Notes: generated by a model not told the origin, from the sequence alone. Counted from the first letter of the stretch, positions 15,127-23,998 are shown. The stretch: DNA of 35,307 nucleotides from Longimicrobiales bacterium (GCA_029941275.1 JAPYQK010000001.1:19205-54511); one strand, 5' to 3'. A program made the numbers and translations.

Positions 15127-16512
15127 ATGCCCCGTCCAATCATCGAGTGGAAATCCGTCTTCGCGATCGCGCTGGCGTTTGCAGCTATCGCATTTACCGC
15201 ACCCGTCCCGCTCACCGCCCAGGAGTCCGACGCGGTGACCTTCACCAGGGATATCGCCCCGATTCTGCAGCGCAGCTGTCAGCAGTGCCATCGACCGGGT
15301 GGTGTGGCCCCCATGCCACTCGTCAGCTACGAGGACGTGGCGCCCCACGCCATGGCCATGATGCGGCGCACCAGTATTCGTGATCGCCAAGGCACGATGC
15401 CGCCGTGGTACGTCGAGAAGGACATCGGCATTCAGGAGTACAAGGACGATCCGTCGCTGAACGACGAAGAGGTCGCGGCCATCGCCGCGTGGGCTCGAAG
15501 CGGAGCGCCAGAGGGCGATCGCGCGGACATGCCGCCTGCCCTGGTCTTCGAGGAGACCGTCGGTTGGAGGCTCGGAGAGCCGGACTTGATCGTGTCGACG
15601 GAGGACATCGTCGTGGACGCCGACTCGCCGGACTGGTGGGGCTCGCTGAACAACATTCCGATCGATTTGGCGGAAGACCGGTACGTCGCCTCCATGGAGA
15701 TTCGGGAGATCAACGACGTCAAGGATAGTGGAAGACTCGACCGGGAGACCGTCGGCGGACTGTACGTCTTCCATCACATGCTCTTTAGTACGGCCTCTCG
15801 GGGCAGTCGCCCCACCACGTGGCCCGTTCATGAAGTCGGCCGCAACCCGGACATCTTCGATCCGGGCGCCGGTCAGCTCCTCGCGGCAGGTTCGGTGCTC
15901 GTTCCGAGCTCGGTGCACCTGCACTCCAACGGCCTCGACACACGTGCTCGACTGGAGGTCGGGTTCCGGTTCCATCCCGTGGGTTATGAGCCGAAGTACC
16001 GCCAAGCCCAGATGGTGATCGCAAACGGCGTCGACATCGACATCAAGCCGGAAGAAGCCAATCAGCAGCTCCACGCCTACGCGGTGCTGCAGCAGCCCAC
16101 CAAGATCGTCACGTTCGAGCCGCATTTGCACGCGCCCGGACAACGGATGTGCCTGGAGGCGATCTGGGGCTTCAACGTGGAAACGCTCGCCTGCACGGGT
16201 TATGACCACAATTGGGTGCGTGGCTACACCTTTGCCGACAACCACCAGCCACTGCTGCCCGAGGGCACGGTCCTTCACATCATCGGCTACATGGACAACA
16301 CGGGTGCGAACCGCAACATCCCCGACCCGAGAAACTGGCAAGGTTCCGGCAACCGCTCCGTGGCCAACATGTTCCTTGACCTCGGCATGAGGCTCACGCT
16401 CACCGACGAGCAGTTCGAGCAGGAAATGGCGGATCGGCGTGAGATTCTCGACCTGGGGGTGAACGATCACGTGATCGGATGTCCGCTCTGTATGGTGATA
16501 CCGGGGAATTAG
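15127..16512 (+). CDS. exported mono-haem cytochrome c domain fused to PHM/DBH-like (copper type II monooxygenase-like) domains
   Basis: Start set at ATG 15127, with GGAGGAG 8 nt upstream. Signal MPRPIIEWKSVFAIALAFAAIAFTAPVPLTAQ. RDIAPILQRSCQQCHRPGG...MPPW (CxxCH at 15277-15291). FHHMLF (15772-15780), HLH (15916-15924), RFHP, EPHLHAPG (16123-16131) and NMFLDLGM resemble the CuH/CuM ligand order of PHM. Confidence 0.7.
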   Translation: MPRPIIEWKSVFAIALAFAAIAFTAPVPLTAQESDAVTFTRDIAPILQRSCQQCHRPGGVAPMPLVSYEDVAPHAMAMMRRTSIRDRQGTMPPWYVEKDIGIQEYKDDPSLNDEEVAAIAAWARSGAPEGDRADMPPALVFEETVGWRLGEPDLIVSTEDIVVDADSPDWWGSLNNIPIDLAEDRYVASMEIREINDVKDSGRLDRETVGGLYVFHHMLFSTASRGSRPTTWPVHEVGRNPDIFDPGAGQLLAAGSVLVPSSVHLHSNGLDTRARLEVGFRFHPVGYEPKYRQAQMVIANGVDIDIKPEEANQQLHAYAVLQQPTKIVTFEPHLHAPGQRMCLEAIWGFNVETLACTGYDHNWVRGYTFADNHQPLLPEGTVLHIIGYMDNTGANRNIPDPRNWQGSGNRSVANMFLDLGMRLTLTDEQFEQEMADRREILDLGVNDHVIGCPLCMVIPGN

Positions 16513-16513
16513 G

Positions 16514-17506
16514 ATGAGGCGACATGGCTCTCGGAGACGGAATATGAGACACGGGCAAGGAACCCTGGGCGGAGTAGTGTGGGCCGGGTTGGTAGCAATG
16601 GCCGTAGTGATGCCCAGCCAGCAGGCGAGCGCCCAGCTCGCGTACCAGACAGGCCAGAACATCTCACCGGCATTCGAGGGGTGGGAGGCGAACGAGGACG
16701 GTTCGTTCAGCATGGTGTTCGGGTACATGAACCGGAACTGGCTAGAGCAGCTCGACGTTCCAGTAGGGGCGGAGAACAACATCTCGCCTGGGCCCGCGGA
16801 TCAAGGCCAGCCCACACACTTTCTTCAGCGCCGCAACCGGTACGTGTTCAAGGTCCGCGTGCCTGCGGACTTCGGCGATCAAGAGTTGGTGTGGACGCTG
16901 ACGACACAAGGAATCACGCAAGCGGCCTACGGGACCCTCAAGTTGGACTACAAACTCGACTACAACGTCATCGCCTCGGAGACAGGGGCGCTCTCCATCG
17001 GTATCAGCACCGAGGAGTCCAGAGCCAACAGGCCGCCGACTGTCTCCGTGGTCGGCGACCCGGTGCGAACGACCCAAGTCGGAGAGCAAGTCACTTTGGT
17101 GGCCCGTGTCATCGACGACGGTCTCCCAAGTGTGCGCCGCCGGCCTGCACGCCCCCCGAGCGACGAAACGCCCAGGTTGTCCGCAACCCAGTTGCGTCCG
17201 CCGTCACGGTTCACCGTCGAAAAAGTCATCGGATTGCACCTGTCGTGGTTCGTCATGCGGGGCGACAGTGACGTCATGTTCGATCCTCCGCAGATCAAGA
17301 CCTGGGAGGATACGAGGACCGGCGCCAACTCACCGTGGTCACCGCTCTTCTCCATGCCCGAGCCACCTGAGAACGGAGAGTGGACGGTGCAAGTCACCTT
17401 CGATGAGCCGGGTACTTATGTGCTCCGCGGCCGCGCGGACGATGGCGGATTGTACGGCGACACGGACGTGAGGATCACGGTGACGCCAGCCACAGCGTTC
17501 GAGTAG
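16514..17506 (+). CDS. secreted protein of unknown function, abutting the cyt c-monooxygenase-like gene
   Basis: 330-aa ORF. ATG 16514 lies 1 nt after the upstream TAG (TAGGATG). Signal GGVVWAGLVAMAVVMPSQQASAQ. The C-terminal EWTVQVTFDEPGTYVLRGRADDGGLYGDTDVRITV looks like an Ig/PKD-like beta-sandwich. No named family recognised. Confidence 0.7.
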   Translation: MRRHGSRRRNMRHGQGTLGGVVWAGLVAMAVVMPSQQASAQLAYQTGQNISPAFEGWEANEDGSFSMVFGYMNRNWLEQLDVPVGAENNISPGPADQGQPTHFLQRRNRYVFKVRVPADFGDQELVWTLTTQGITQAAYGTLKLDYKLDYNVIASETGALSIGISTEESRANRPPTVSVVGDPVRTTQVGEQVTLVARVIDDGLPSVRRRPARPPSDETPRLSATQLRPPSRFTVEKVIGLHLSWFVMRGDSDVMFDPPQIKTWEDTRTGANSPWSPLFSMPEPPENGEWTVQVTFDEPGTYVLRGRADDGGLYGDTDVRITVTPATAFE

Positions 17507-17523
17507 ATTCCTCTAGCGCTCGG

Positions 17524-17552
17524 TCCCGCGGCTCGGTTGGGGAGCCGCGGGA
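17524..17552 (+). terminator. perfect GC-rich hairpin, likely intrinsic terminator of the 15127-17506 unit
   Basis: tcccgcggctc (17524-17534) and gagccgcggga (17542-17552) form a perfect 11-bp stem with a 7-nt loop, 18 nt after the stop at 17506. Only a weak T-run (gcttt) follows. Confidence 0.6.
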
Positions 17553-17665
17553 GAGCGCCGGATCACGCTTTGAACCCCCACACGCAGGCGTAGTTTGGGC
17601 CCGAATCCCCGATTAACTACGCACCGTCGCCAACGCGTGGACCTCGACTCCAACCAGGCTGACTA

Positions 17666-18730
17666 TTGAGCAATCTCATCAAGGCAGTTCGCTGTCACCG
17701 ATACGCCGGACTCGGCAAAGATGGCAGGCCAGTCCCGACGCCGGATCCGATCAGGGATGTATTGTCGCTCGACGAAATCCCGGCGCCGGAGCTTGAAGAA
17801 GGACGCGTCCTGGTGTCCGCCAACTATGCCGGCGTCCAGTACCCCGACACACTTCAGGCGCAGGGCCTCTACCAGGAGAGACCACCCCTGCCCTACGTGC
17901 CCTGCATGGACACCACTGGAACAGTGCTCGAGGTGGGTCCGGGCGTCTCGGGATTCAACGTGGGTGACCGCGTGATCGCCTGGATGAGTACAGGCGCTTT
18001 GGCCGAAATCGTGAGCGTAGATGCGGGGGACCTCTGGAAAGCTCCAGACAACGTCCCTCTCTCGAAGTGTGCGAACATCGGTCGCAACTTCTTCGCCGCT
18101 TATCACTCTCTGAAGATCATCGGTGAAACCGGTCCGGGCGATCTCGTACTCGTCGACGGGGCTTCCGGCGGCGTCGGAATGGCGGCGATCCAGTTGGCGA
18201 AAGCCATGGGTACCGACGTCATCGCGGGTGTCAGCGTGCCGGAGAAACAGGAATTTCCGGCCTCGGTGGGCGCGGATCGTGTGCTCTGTTACGGCAGGGA
18301 CCGGGACAGTTACAAAGCGTTCAAGGGCGCGGTCAAAGAGGCCGCCGGGGAGTTGGGCCATCCGGCAGGTGTGGACGTGGTCGTCGACATGGTTCAAGGG
18401 GATCTCTTCGAGGCAGCCCTTGTCTCTACGGTACGACCGCTCGGAAGAATCTGTCTGGTCGGATTCACCGCTGGGCAGAAGCCGATTCGGCCGGGCATGG
18501 TGCTCATCAAACAGGCGGCCATCGTCGGTAGCTTGTGGGGACCCTGGGCGCGGGACAATCCCGAACGACATCGGGAGAACGTCTCCGAGATCGTCGGATT
18601 CCTGGAAAGTGGTGCGGTGGAGCCTCGCGTGGACCGTGTCTTTGCGTTCGAGGATTATCTCGAGGCCTTCGAACTGTTCGAAAACAATCAGGGCCGCGGC
18701 AACACGGTGGTCTGTATCCGCGAGGAGTAG
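17666..18730 (+). CDS. NADPH:quinone oxidoreductase-like MDR (zeta-crystallin type) protein
   Basis: 354-aa ORF from TTG 17666. [31 protein letters not shown] and [22 protein letters not shown] (AxxGxxG dinucleotide fold). No zinc-ligand Cys/His pattern. Confidence 0.85.
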   Translation: MSNLIKAVRCHRYAGLGKDGRPVPTPDPIRDVLSLDEIPAPELEEGRVLVSANYAGVQYPDTLQAQGLYQERPPLPYVPCMDTTGTVLEVGPGVSGFNVGDRVIAWMSTGALAEIVSVDAGDLWKAPDNVPLSKCANIGRNFFAAYHSLKIIGETGPGDLVLVDGASGGVGMAAIQLAKAMGTDVIAGVSVPEKQEFPASVGADRVLCYGRDRDSYKAFKGAVKEAAGELGHPAGVDVVVDMVQGDLFEAALVSTVRPLGRICLVGFTAGQKPIRPGMVLIKQAAIVGSLWGPWARDNPERHRENVSEIVGFLESGAVEPRVDRVFAFEDYLEAFELFENNQGRGNTVVCIREE

Positions 18731-18754
18731 CACGGTCACATCGGCGAACACACC

Positions 18755-19330
18755 ATGACTGACGATTTCTCGACGCTTGATTCGAAACAAATCGACTTCA
18801 TCGCAAGACAGAAAATCTTCTTCGTGGCAACGGCGGCGAGGGACGGCCACATCAATCTGTCCCCGAAGGGCCACGACACTCTTCGAGTCATCGACGATCG
18901 AACCCTGCTGTGGCTCAACTTGACCGGTAGTGCGAATGAGACGGCGGCTCACCTCATCGATTCGAACCGCCTGACCCTCATGTGGTGCTCGTTCGAAGGC
19001 CCCCCGAAGATTCTTCGAGTCTACGGAAGTGCTACCACCATCCATCCCCGAGACGAAGCCTGGCATCGGTGTGCGGAAATCATCGAACCGGTCGAAGGGG
19101 CACGGCAGTACTTCGAAGTATCCGTCGACTTGGTACACACTTCGTGCGGTTACGCCGTGCCTATCCTCGACTTCGTGGGGCCGCGGGACGTGCTCACCAA
19201 GTGGACTGAGAACATGGGAAAAGAGGGAATTCAGGAGTACTGGGGGGAGAGCAATCAGAGAAGTCTGGACGGGCTACCGACCCATGTGCTCTCGGAACAG
19301 GCCGACAACCCCTCGGCAATCCCCGAATGA
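18755..19330 (+). CDS. pyridoxamine 5'-phosphate oxidase family (FMN-binding split-barrel) protein
   Basis: 191-aa ORF. FIARQKIFFVATAARDGHINLSPKGHDTLRVIDDRTLLWLNLTGSANETAAHL and LTLMWCSFEGPPKILRVYG fit the PNPOx-like split-barrel pattern. Confidence 0.8.
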   Translation: MTDDFSTLDSKQIDFIARQKIFFVATAARDGHINLSPKGHDTLRVIDDRTLLWLNLTGSANETAAHLIDSNRLTLMWCSFEGPPKILRVYGSATTIHPRDEAWHRCAEIIEPVEGARQYFEVSVDLVHTSCGYAVPILDFVGPRDVLTKWTENMGKEGIQEYWGESNQRSLDGLPTHVLSEQADNPSAIPE

Positions 19331-19346
19331 GTGAAGCTCAGGGCCT

Positions 19347-21158
19347 CTAGCGCGTCCGCTCCCGGATCAAATCAGCGGTAAGCGCCGCAAGCGCTTCGGA
19401 AATCTCGCGACCCAGCACGAGAGAGCGCTCCAGATCCTCGATCGAAAAGCCGTCGATCGAGGCTTGACCCGTCGCGACGCGTTCGGCCCAGCGCACCGAC
19501 GCTGGATCAGAAGCCATCATGTTGAGCGTGATGTACGGCTGGTCGTGCAGCCCGTCGCTCGGCGCGTCAGGGAGTAGGCCCTTCTCCCGAAGGACGTCCC
19601 GAGATCCTTCTGGCTCCCGGTAGTACTCGGGAATGTGCATCGCTCTGGCCTCGCCCGCCCACTCGGCGTTCAGCGCCACAGCGACGTTGTTCATGCCTGC
19701 GCGGTTACCCCCCGAATCCCCGATGAAGATGATGTTCTCGAAGCCGTGCACCTCTAGACTGCGGGCGATGTCGGTCAAGAGCGCCTCGAAGGTCTCCTGG
19801 CGAAGGCTGATCGTGCCGGGACTGCGCATGTGGCCCGACCGCGGTTCAATCGTTCCTTCGGGAACCCACTTCACGATCGGAGCACAGAGCGCATTGCCCA
19901 GGTTCCGCGCGATCGCTTCGCAGTTGGCGTCGAGCACGTAGTTATGCTTGCCCATAACCAGCCAAGGACCGTTCGGCTCCAGACCGCCGGTGGCAATAAT
20001 CGCGGTGGTTTTCCCGGCGGCCAAGGCGTCGCGGATGTCCATCCACGTCATCTCCCCGAGCCACACGGTGTTGGCTTCGGGAAGCGGATTGGGCGTGTCC
20101 GAGCAGTTGTAGACGTTTTGGCGGCAGTCGCCTCCGCCCATCGTACGGGGATCTGGCGCTGGGCGTGCGGGTCGGGCCGCACCCCCTCCCCCCGCCGCAC
20201 CACCACCCGCCGCTCCTCCACCACCGCCCCCACGCTGACGGCGAGCCGGAAGCGGCACCGTGCCCCCATTTGTGATCGCCGCGCTGATCGCCTTTACAGT
20301 GTAGTCGGCCCGAAAAGCGACGAGGGCACGCGCCAACTCCAGGTTGTCTACTCGATCGACCAACGAGACGCCGTTGATCATGGCGAGGCCCGCTTCCACT
20401 CGTTCCGCCCAGCGGATCGAAACAGGGTCGTCGATGAACATGTTGAGCGAGATGACCGGGTCGTCGTGCAGATTGTCCCCATCACCCCAGACCAGTCCGT
20501 GCTCCTCCTCCATGTAGCGGCTCGCAGTGGCGTAGTCGTAGTACTCCTGAACGTGGCCCACGAGCGGAGTGCCCCCCCACCGCTCCGTGAGCTGATTCGC
20601 CACGGCCCGCTGGCCGCCTTGGTTTCCCCCGGAGTCGCCGAAGAAGATGATCTTCTCGAAACCGTGCATCTTGAAGGAGTGCGCGACATCGGTGAGCACG
20701 GCCTCGAACGTCTCCCGGCGCGCACTGATGGTGCCCGGGCTCCTCATGTGGCCGCTCGGAGGGTCGATGTTGCCTTCCGGAACGAACGGGATGATGGGCG
20801 CACACAAGGCGTTTCCGAGCTGACGGGCGATCGCGTCGCAGTTGGCGTGTAGGACGTAGTTGTGCTTACCCGCTGCCAACCAGGGACCGTTCGGCTCCAT
20901 CCCGCCGGTGGGAATGAGAACCGTGGTCTTACCGGAAGCCAGAGCGTCGCGAACGTCCATCCACGTCATTTCCTCTACCCAAACCGTGGTCGCCGTGGGC
21001 AACGGATTCGGTGTATCCGCACAGTTGTATACGTTCGCCTCACATCGCCCGCCACCCATGTCACGCGGGTCGCGATCCCGGCCCTGATGAGCGAAAACCG
21101 AGGTGCCGAGTGCGAGTGCGACTCCAGCGGTAACACTGGCGATCAAGAGGCTTTTCAT
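19347..21158 (-). CDS. secreted protein with two tandem creatininase-family-like domains joined by a Gly/Ala linker
   Basis: 603-aa ORF with Sec signal MKSLLIASVTAGVALALGTSVFAHQ. Each half carries TGG(M/L)EPNGPW, GHMRSPGTIS, HGFE-x-IIF-x-GDSGGN, resembling the creatininase pattern (EqHGpH ... pGTis ... Gf..i..vNgHGGN). Linker RRQRGGGGGGAAGGGAAGGGGAARPARP. Confidence 0.7.
   Translation of the reverse strand: MKSLLIASVTAGVALALGTSVFAHQGRDRDPRDMGGGRCEANVYNCADTPNPLPTATTVWVEEMTWMDVRDALASGKTTVLIPTGGMEPNGPWLAAGKHNYVLHANCDAIARQLGNALCAPIIPFVPEGNIDPPSGHMRSPGTISARRETFEAVLTDVAHSFKMHGFEKIIFFGDSGGNQGGQRAVANQLTERWGGTPLVGHVQEYYDYATASRYMEEEHGLVWGDGDNLHDDPVISLNMFIDDPVSIRWAERVEAGLAMINGVSLVDRVDNLELARALVAFRADYTVKAISAAITNGGTVPLPARRQRGGGGGGAAGGGAAGGGGAARPARPAPDPRTMGGGDCRQNVYNCSDTPNPLPEANTVWLGEMTWMDIRDALAAGKTTAIIATGGLEPNGPWLVMGKHNYVLDANCEAIARNLGNALCAPIVKWVPEGTIEPRSGHMRSPGTISLRQETFEALLTDIARSLEVHGFENIIFIGDSGGNRAGMNNVAVALNAEWAGEARAMHIPEYYREPEGSRDVLREKGLLPDAPSDGLHDQPYITLNMMASDPASVRWAERVATGQASIDGFSIEDLERSLVLGREISEALAALTADLIRERTR
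19350..20141. repeat. tandem intragenic duplication, unit 2 (C-terminal creatininase-like domain)
   Basis: Encodes residues ~340-603. By eye about two thirds identical to unit 1 over the first ~150 residues and more diverged afterwards. DNA similarity is visible, e.g. ggaccgttcggctcca and gtccatccacgtcat in both units. Confidence 0.8.
20178..20232. repeat. C-rich (plus strand) / G-rich (coding strand) low-complexity tract encoding the Gly/Ala linker
   Basis: ccgcaccccctccccccgccgcaccaccacccgccgctcctccaccaccgccccc. On the coding strand it has runs of 3-6 G separated by GGT/GGC-type triplets. It sits exactly at the junction of the two repeat units. Confidence 0.7.
20259..21059. repeat. tandem intragenic duplication, unit 1 (N-terminal creatininase-like domain)
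   Basis: Encodes residues ~34-300, starting DPRDMGGGRCEANVYNCADTPNPLP. Unit 2 starts 306 codons (918 nt) downstream in the gene with DPRTMGGGDCRQNVYNCSDTPNPLP. Confidence 0.8.
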
Positions 21159-21447
21159 GGTCGATCTCCGGGATCTCGGTCTCCACCGCGCCAGGCGGGA
21201 GGGCTACGAACTGATGAGTATTCAATGAGGGGGCTGAGCGGGCAATATACAGGGTGGCGGACACACACGACCGTCGCGACCAGGGGCCCGCAAACTGAAT
21301 CGCAACTCCAGGCTGGCCAAAAGGGCGAATTCGGCGCTATTCTGTTGCAAATTACGGCTATACCACAAACGTTGTTAATCAGACTCTCGCCAGCGTGTTC
21401 TGGACCACTGAATCCGTGGGGCAAGAGGTTTCGGCTGTGAGGCAAGG

Positions 21448-23973
21448 ATGAGAACATTGAGCGCCGCGCTGGCAACGTTCGGACTGTTGTTCGTGCTCGT
21501 TGGGCAGACCGCCGATGCAGGGGTCGCACAACCGGAAGTGCTGAGGTCGACCGTGTCCGTGTCGGCCACCAGCATCCTCGCCGAAGCATTAGCGGCCATC
21601 CCTGTTGAAGCACGGTCGGAGATCATTCCGAAAGCACTACCGCACGTCCCTGCCGAAGGACTCTTGGACGTCCCTGCCGAAGCACTGTCGGAAGTGATCC
21701 AGGAGTATTGCGTCTCCTGCCACAACCGTGTCCGCCTCGAGGGGAATTTGTCGTTGACGGAGTTCGATGTCGAACGGGCCCCTGAGATGGCGGAAACCGC
21801 CGAGAAGATGATCCGAAAGCTCAGGGCCGGCATGATGCCTCCGGCGGGAAGGCCGCGGCCGCCCGCCGACACCTTGATGGCGCTCGTCGAGGATCTCGAA
21901 AGACGTATCGACGAAGCGGCGGCAGGAAATCCCAATCCGGGGTCCAGAACGTTCCAACGCCTTACACGGGCCGAGTATGCTGCGGCCGTTCGTGACCTTC
22001 TGGGACTCGAAATCGACGTCGCCGCTTACCTCCCACTCGACACCAAGAGCGCCAACTTCGACAACATCGCGGACGTCCAAGCCCCGTCGGCCACGGTCAT
22101 GGAAGGGTACATGCGGGCCGCCGGCTACGTGAGCCGGATCGCCTTGGGGGACGCTGAGGCCGAGGCCCAATCGACCCGGTATCGGCTCCCGCGCACCGCG
22201 TCACAGAAGGAGCGCGTCGAAGGGGCTCCTTTTGGAACGCGTGGCGGCGTGTCCATCATCCACAACTTCCCGGCCGACGGTAAGTACGTCTTCCACATTC
22301 AGCCTTACCCGGCGGTGGAAGGCGAGGTCTTCGGGCGAACGTTCGGGACGTCGCAGATCGAGGTTTCGATCGACGGCGCGCGGGTCGCGCTCATGACGGT
22401 GGACCGGTGGATGCGTGAGTCCGAGCCCACCGGCTTGAACATGCGAACGGATTCTATCTACGTGACCGCCGGCCCCAAGCGGGTGACCGCGGCATTCGTC
22501 CGCCAGTTCGAGGGTGAAGTGGACGACTTGATCCGGCCCATCGATCACACCCTGGCCGACGGCCAGATCGGTGTCGGGTACGGCATTACATCCATCCAGC
22601 ACCTGCAGCGACTGACGGTCCTCGGACCGTATGAGGTCACGGGAGTCTCGGACACGCCGACCCGACGTCGAGTCTTCACTTGCCGTCCGACAGCACCGGA
22701 CGAGGCTCGGCCGTGTGCCGAGAGCATCATCGCCCGCTTGGGCGCTCAGGCTTACCGGAGACCCCTCGACGAGAACGACCTCAGGGGGCTCATGCAGTTC
22801 TACGATGACAGCGCTGTTGAAGATGGCTTCGAGGGCGGTGTCCGGATGGCCCTTCAGGCGACCCTAGCGAGTCCCCACTTCCTGTTCCGAATGGAGGAGC
22901 AGCCGATCGGTGCGTTCCCAGGCGAGGTGCACCGAATCAGCGACGTGGACTTGGCGTCCCGGCTTTCCTTCTTCATCTGGGGTACCCCGCCTGACCAGGA
23001 GTTGACCGAGGTGGCGGGCCGCGGGGAGCTTTCGGCCCCCGGTGAAGTCGGGCGTCAAGCACGACGGATGTTGGCCGACCCCCGGGCAGAGGAGGCTCTG
23101 GCCACGCGCTTCGGAGGACAGTGGCTTCGTCTCCAGGATCTCGAAGAACTCCACCCTGACGCGCTGACGTTCCCCTACTTCGACGACACACTAGCCGAGT
23201 CCATGCGACGTGAGACCGAACAGCTGTTTTCGTATCTCATCCGCGAGGACCGCAGTGTTCTCGAACTGTTGACGGCCGACTACACCTTCGTGAACGAGCG
23301 CCTCGCCCGGCACTACGGAATCCCAGGCGTCGTCGGAGAGGGCTTTCAAAGAGTCGTGTATCCGGACGACCGTCGGCGGGGCCTGCTGGGTCACGGCAGT
23401 ATTCTCGCTATGACGTCTCACGCCGATCGGACGTCGCCGGTGCTGCGTGGCAAGTGGGTGTTGGAAGTGCTGCTCGGTACACCGCCACCGCCGCCGCCGC
23501 CCGACGTCCCCGCGTTCGAAGAGACGGACGAAGCGAATGAGGGGCGCTCACTGACTGTGCGCGAGCGTATGGAGCAACATCGCTCGAACCCAGCTTGTAT
23601 GGCTTGCCATGTGGTCATCGATCCCATCGGGCTCGCGTTGGAAAACTTCGACGTAACGGGAGCATGGCGCATCCGGGACGAGGGGAACCTGATCGATCCA
23701 GTTGGTGAGCTGTACGACGGGACCATCTTGAGAGGCCCGTCCGATTTGAGGGCGGCGTTGTTGAGCCGTCCAGAAGTTTTCTACCGGATTTTCACGACGA
23801 ACCTCATGGCCTACGGATTGGGCCGGCGGGTGGAGTATTTCGACATGCCGACGATTCGTGCGATCACGAGAGACGCGGCAGAGAACGCATACAACTTTTC
23901 TTCGTTCGTTTTGGGGGTCGTGAATAGCCCGGCCTTCCAGACGACTCGGGTGGACGTGGTCACCCCCGCCTGA
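21448..23973 (+). CDS. DUF1592-family protein (planctomycete PSCyt3/PSD-type; DUF1587/1592/1595/1588/1585 architecture)
   Basis: 841-aa ORF with a signal peptide. VIQEYCVSCHNRVRLEGNLSL (CxxCH at 21709-21723), GTPPPPPPPDVPAFEE and NPACMACHVVIDPIGLALENFD are hallmark segments of this family. It is followed by a DUF1552 gene, as is usual. Confidence 0.85.
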   Translation: MRTLSAALATFGLLFVLVGQTADAGVAQPEVLRSTVSVSATSILAEALAAIPVEARSEIIPKALPHVPAEGLLDVPAEALSEVIQEYCVSCHNRVRLEGNLSLTEFDVERAPEMAETAEKMIRKLRAGMMPPAGRPRPPADTLMALVEDLERRIDEAAAGNPNPGSRTFQRLTRAEYAAAVRDLLGLEIDVAAYLPLDTKSANFDNIADVQAPSATVMEGYMRAAGYVSRIALGDAEAEAQSTRYRLPRTASQKERVEGAPFGTRGGVSIIHNFPADGKYVFHIQPYPAVEGEVFGRTFGTSQIEVSIDGARVALMTVDRWMRESEPTGLNMRTDSIYVTAGPKRVTAAFVRQFEGEVDDLIRPIDHTLADGQIGVGYGITSIQHLQRLTVLGPYEVTGVSDTPTRRRVFTCRPTAPDEARPCAESIIARLGAQAYRRPLDENDLRGLMQFYDDSAVEDGFEGGVRMALQATLASPHFLFRMEEQPIGAFPGEVHRISDVDLASRLSFFIWGTPPDQELTEVAGRGELSAPGEVGRQARRMLADPRAEEALATRFGGQWLRLQDLEELHPDALTFPYFDDTLAESMRRETEQLFSYLIREDRSVLELLTADYTFVNERLARHYGIPGVVGEGFQRVVYPDDRRRGLLGHGSILAMTSHADRTSPVLRGKWVLEVLLGTPPPPPPPDVPAFEETDEANEGRSLTVRERMEQHRSNPACMACHVVIDPIGLALENFDVTGAWRIRDEGNLIDPVGELYDGTILRGPSDLRAALLSRPEVFYRIFTTNLMAYGLGRRVEYFDMPTIRAITRDAAENAYNFSSFVLGVVNSPAFQTTRVDVVTPA

Positions 23974-23998
23974 ACCAGCAACCTCGAGGTCGAAAACG

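Noticed and set aside
15031-16782. 583-aa ORF on the minus strand
   Set aside because: It is antisense to the cyt c::PHM-like gene and the start of its partner. It has no motifs and a shadow-ORF composition.
17663-19138. 491-aa ORF on the minus strand
   Set aside because: It is fully antisense to two well-supported plus-strand genes (MDR oxidoreductase and PNPOx-like). It is Arg/Asp/His-rich with no recognisable motif, a typical shadow ORF in high-GC DNA.
19830-20852. 340-aa plus-strand ORF
   Set aside because: It is antisense to the creatininase-like gene, has an Arg-rich shadow composition and no motifs.
21340-21380. AT-richer patch with TTGCAA (21345-21350) in the divergent intergenic region between the creatininase-like and DUF1592 genes
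   Set aside because: It is plausibly promoter DNA, but no convincing -10 hexamer lies at 16-18 nt spacing, and the sigma-factor consensus of this lineage is unknown. It was therefore not annotated as a promoter.
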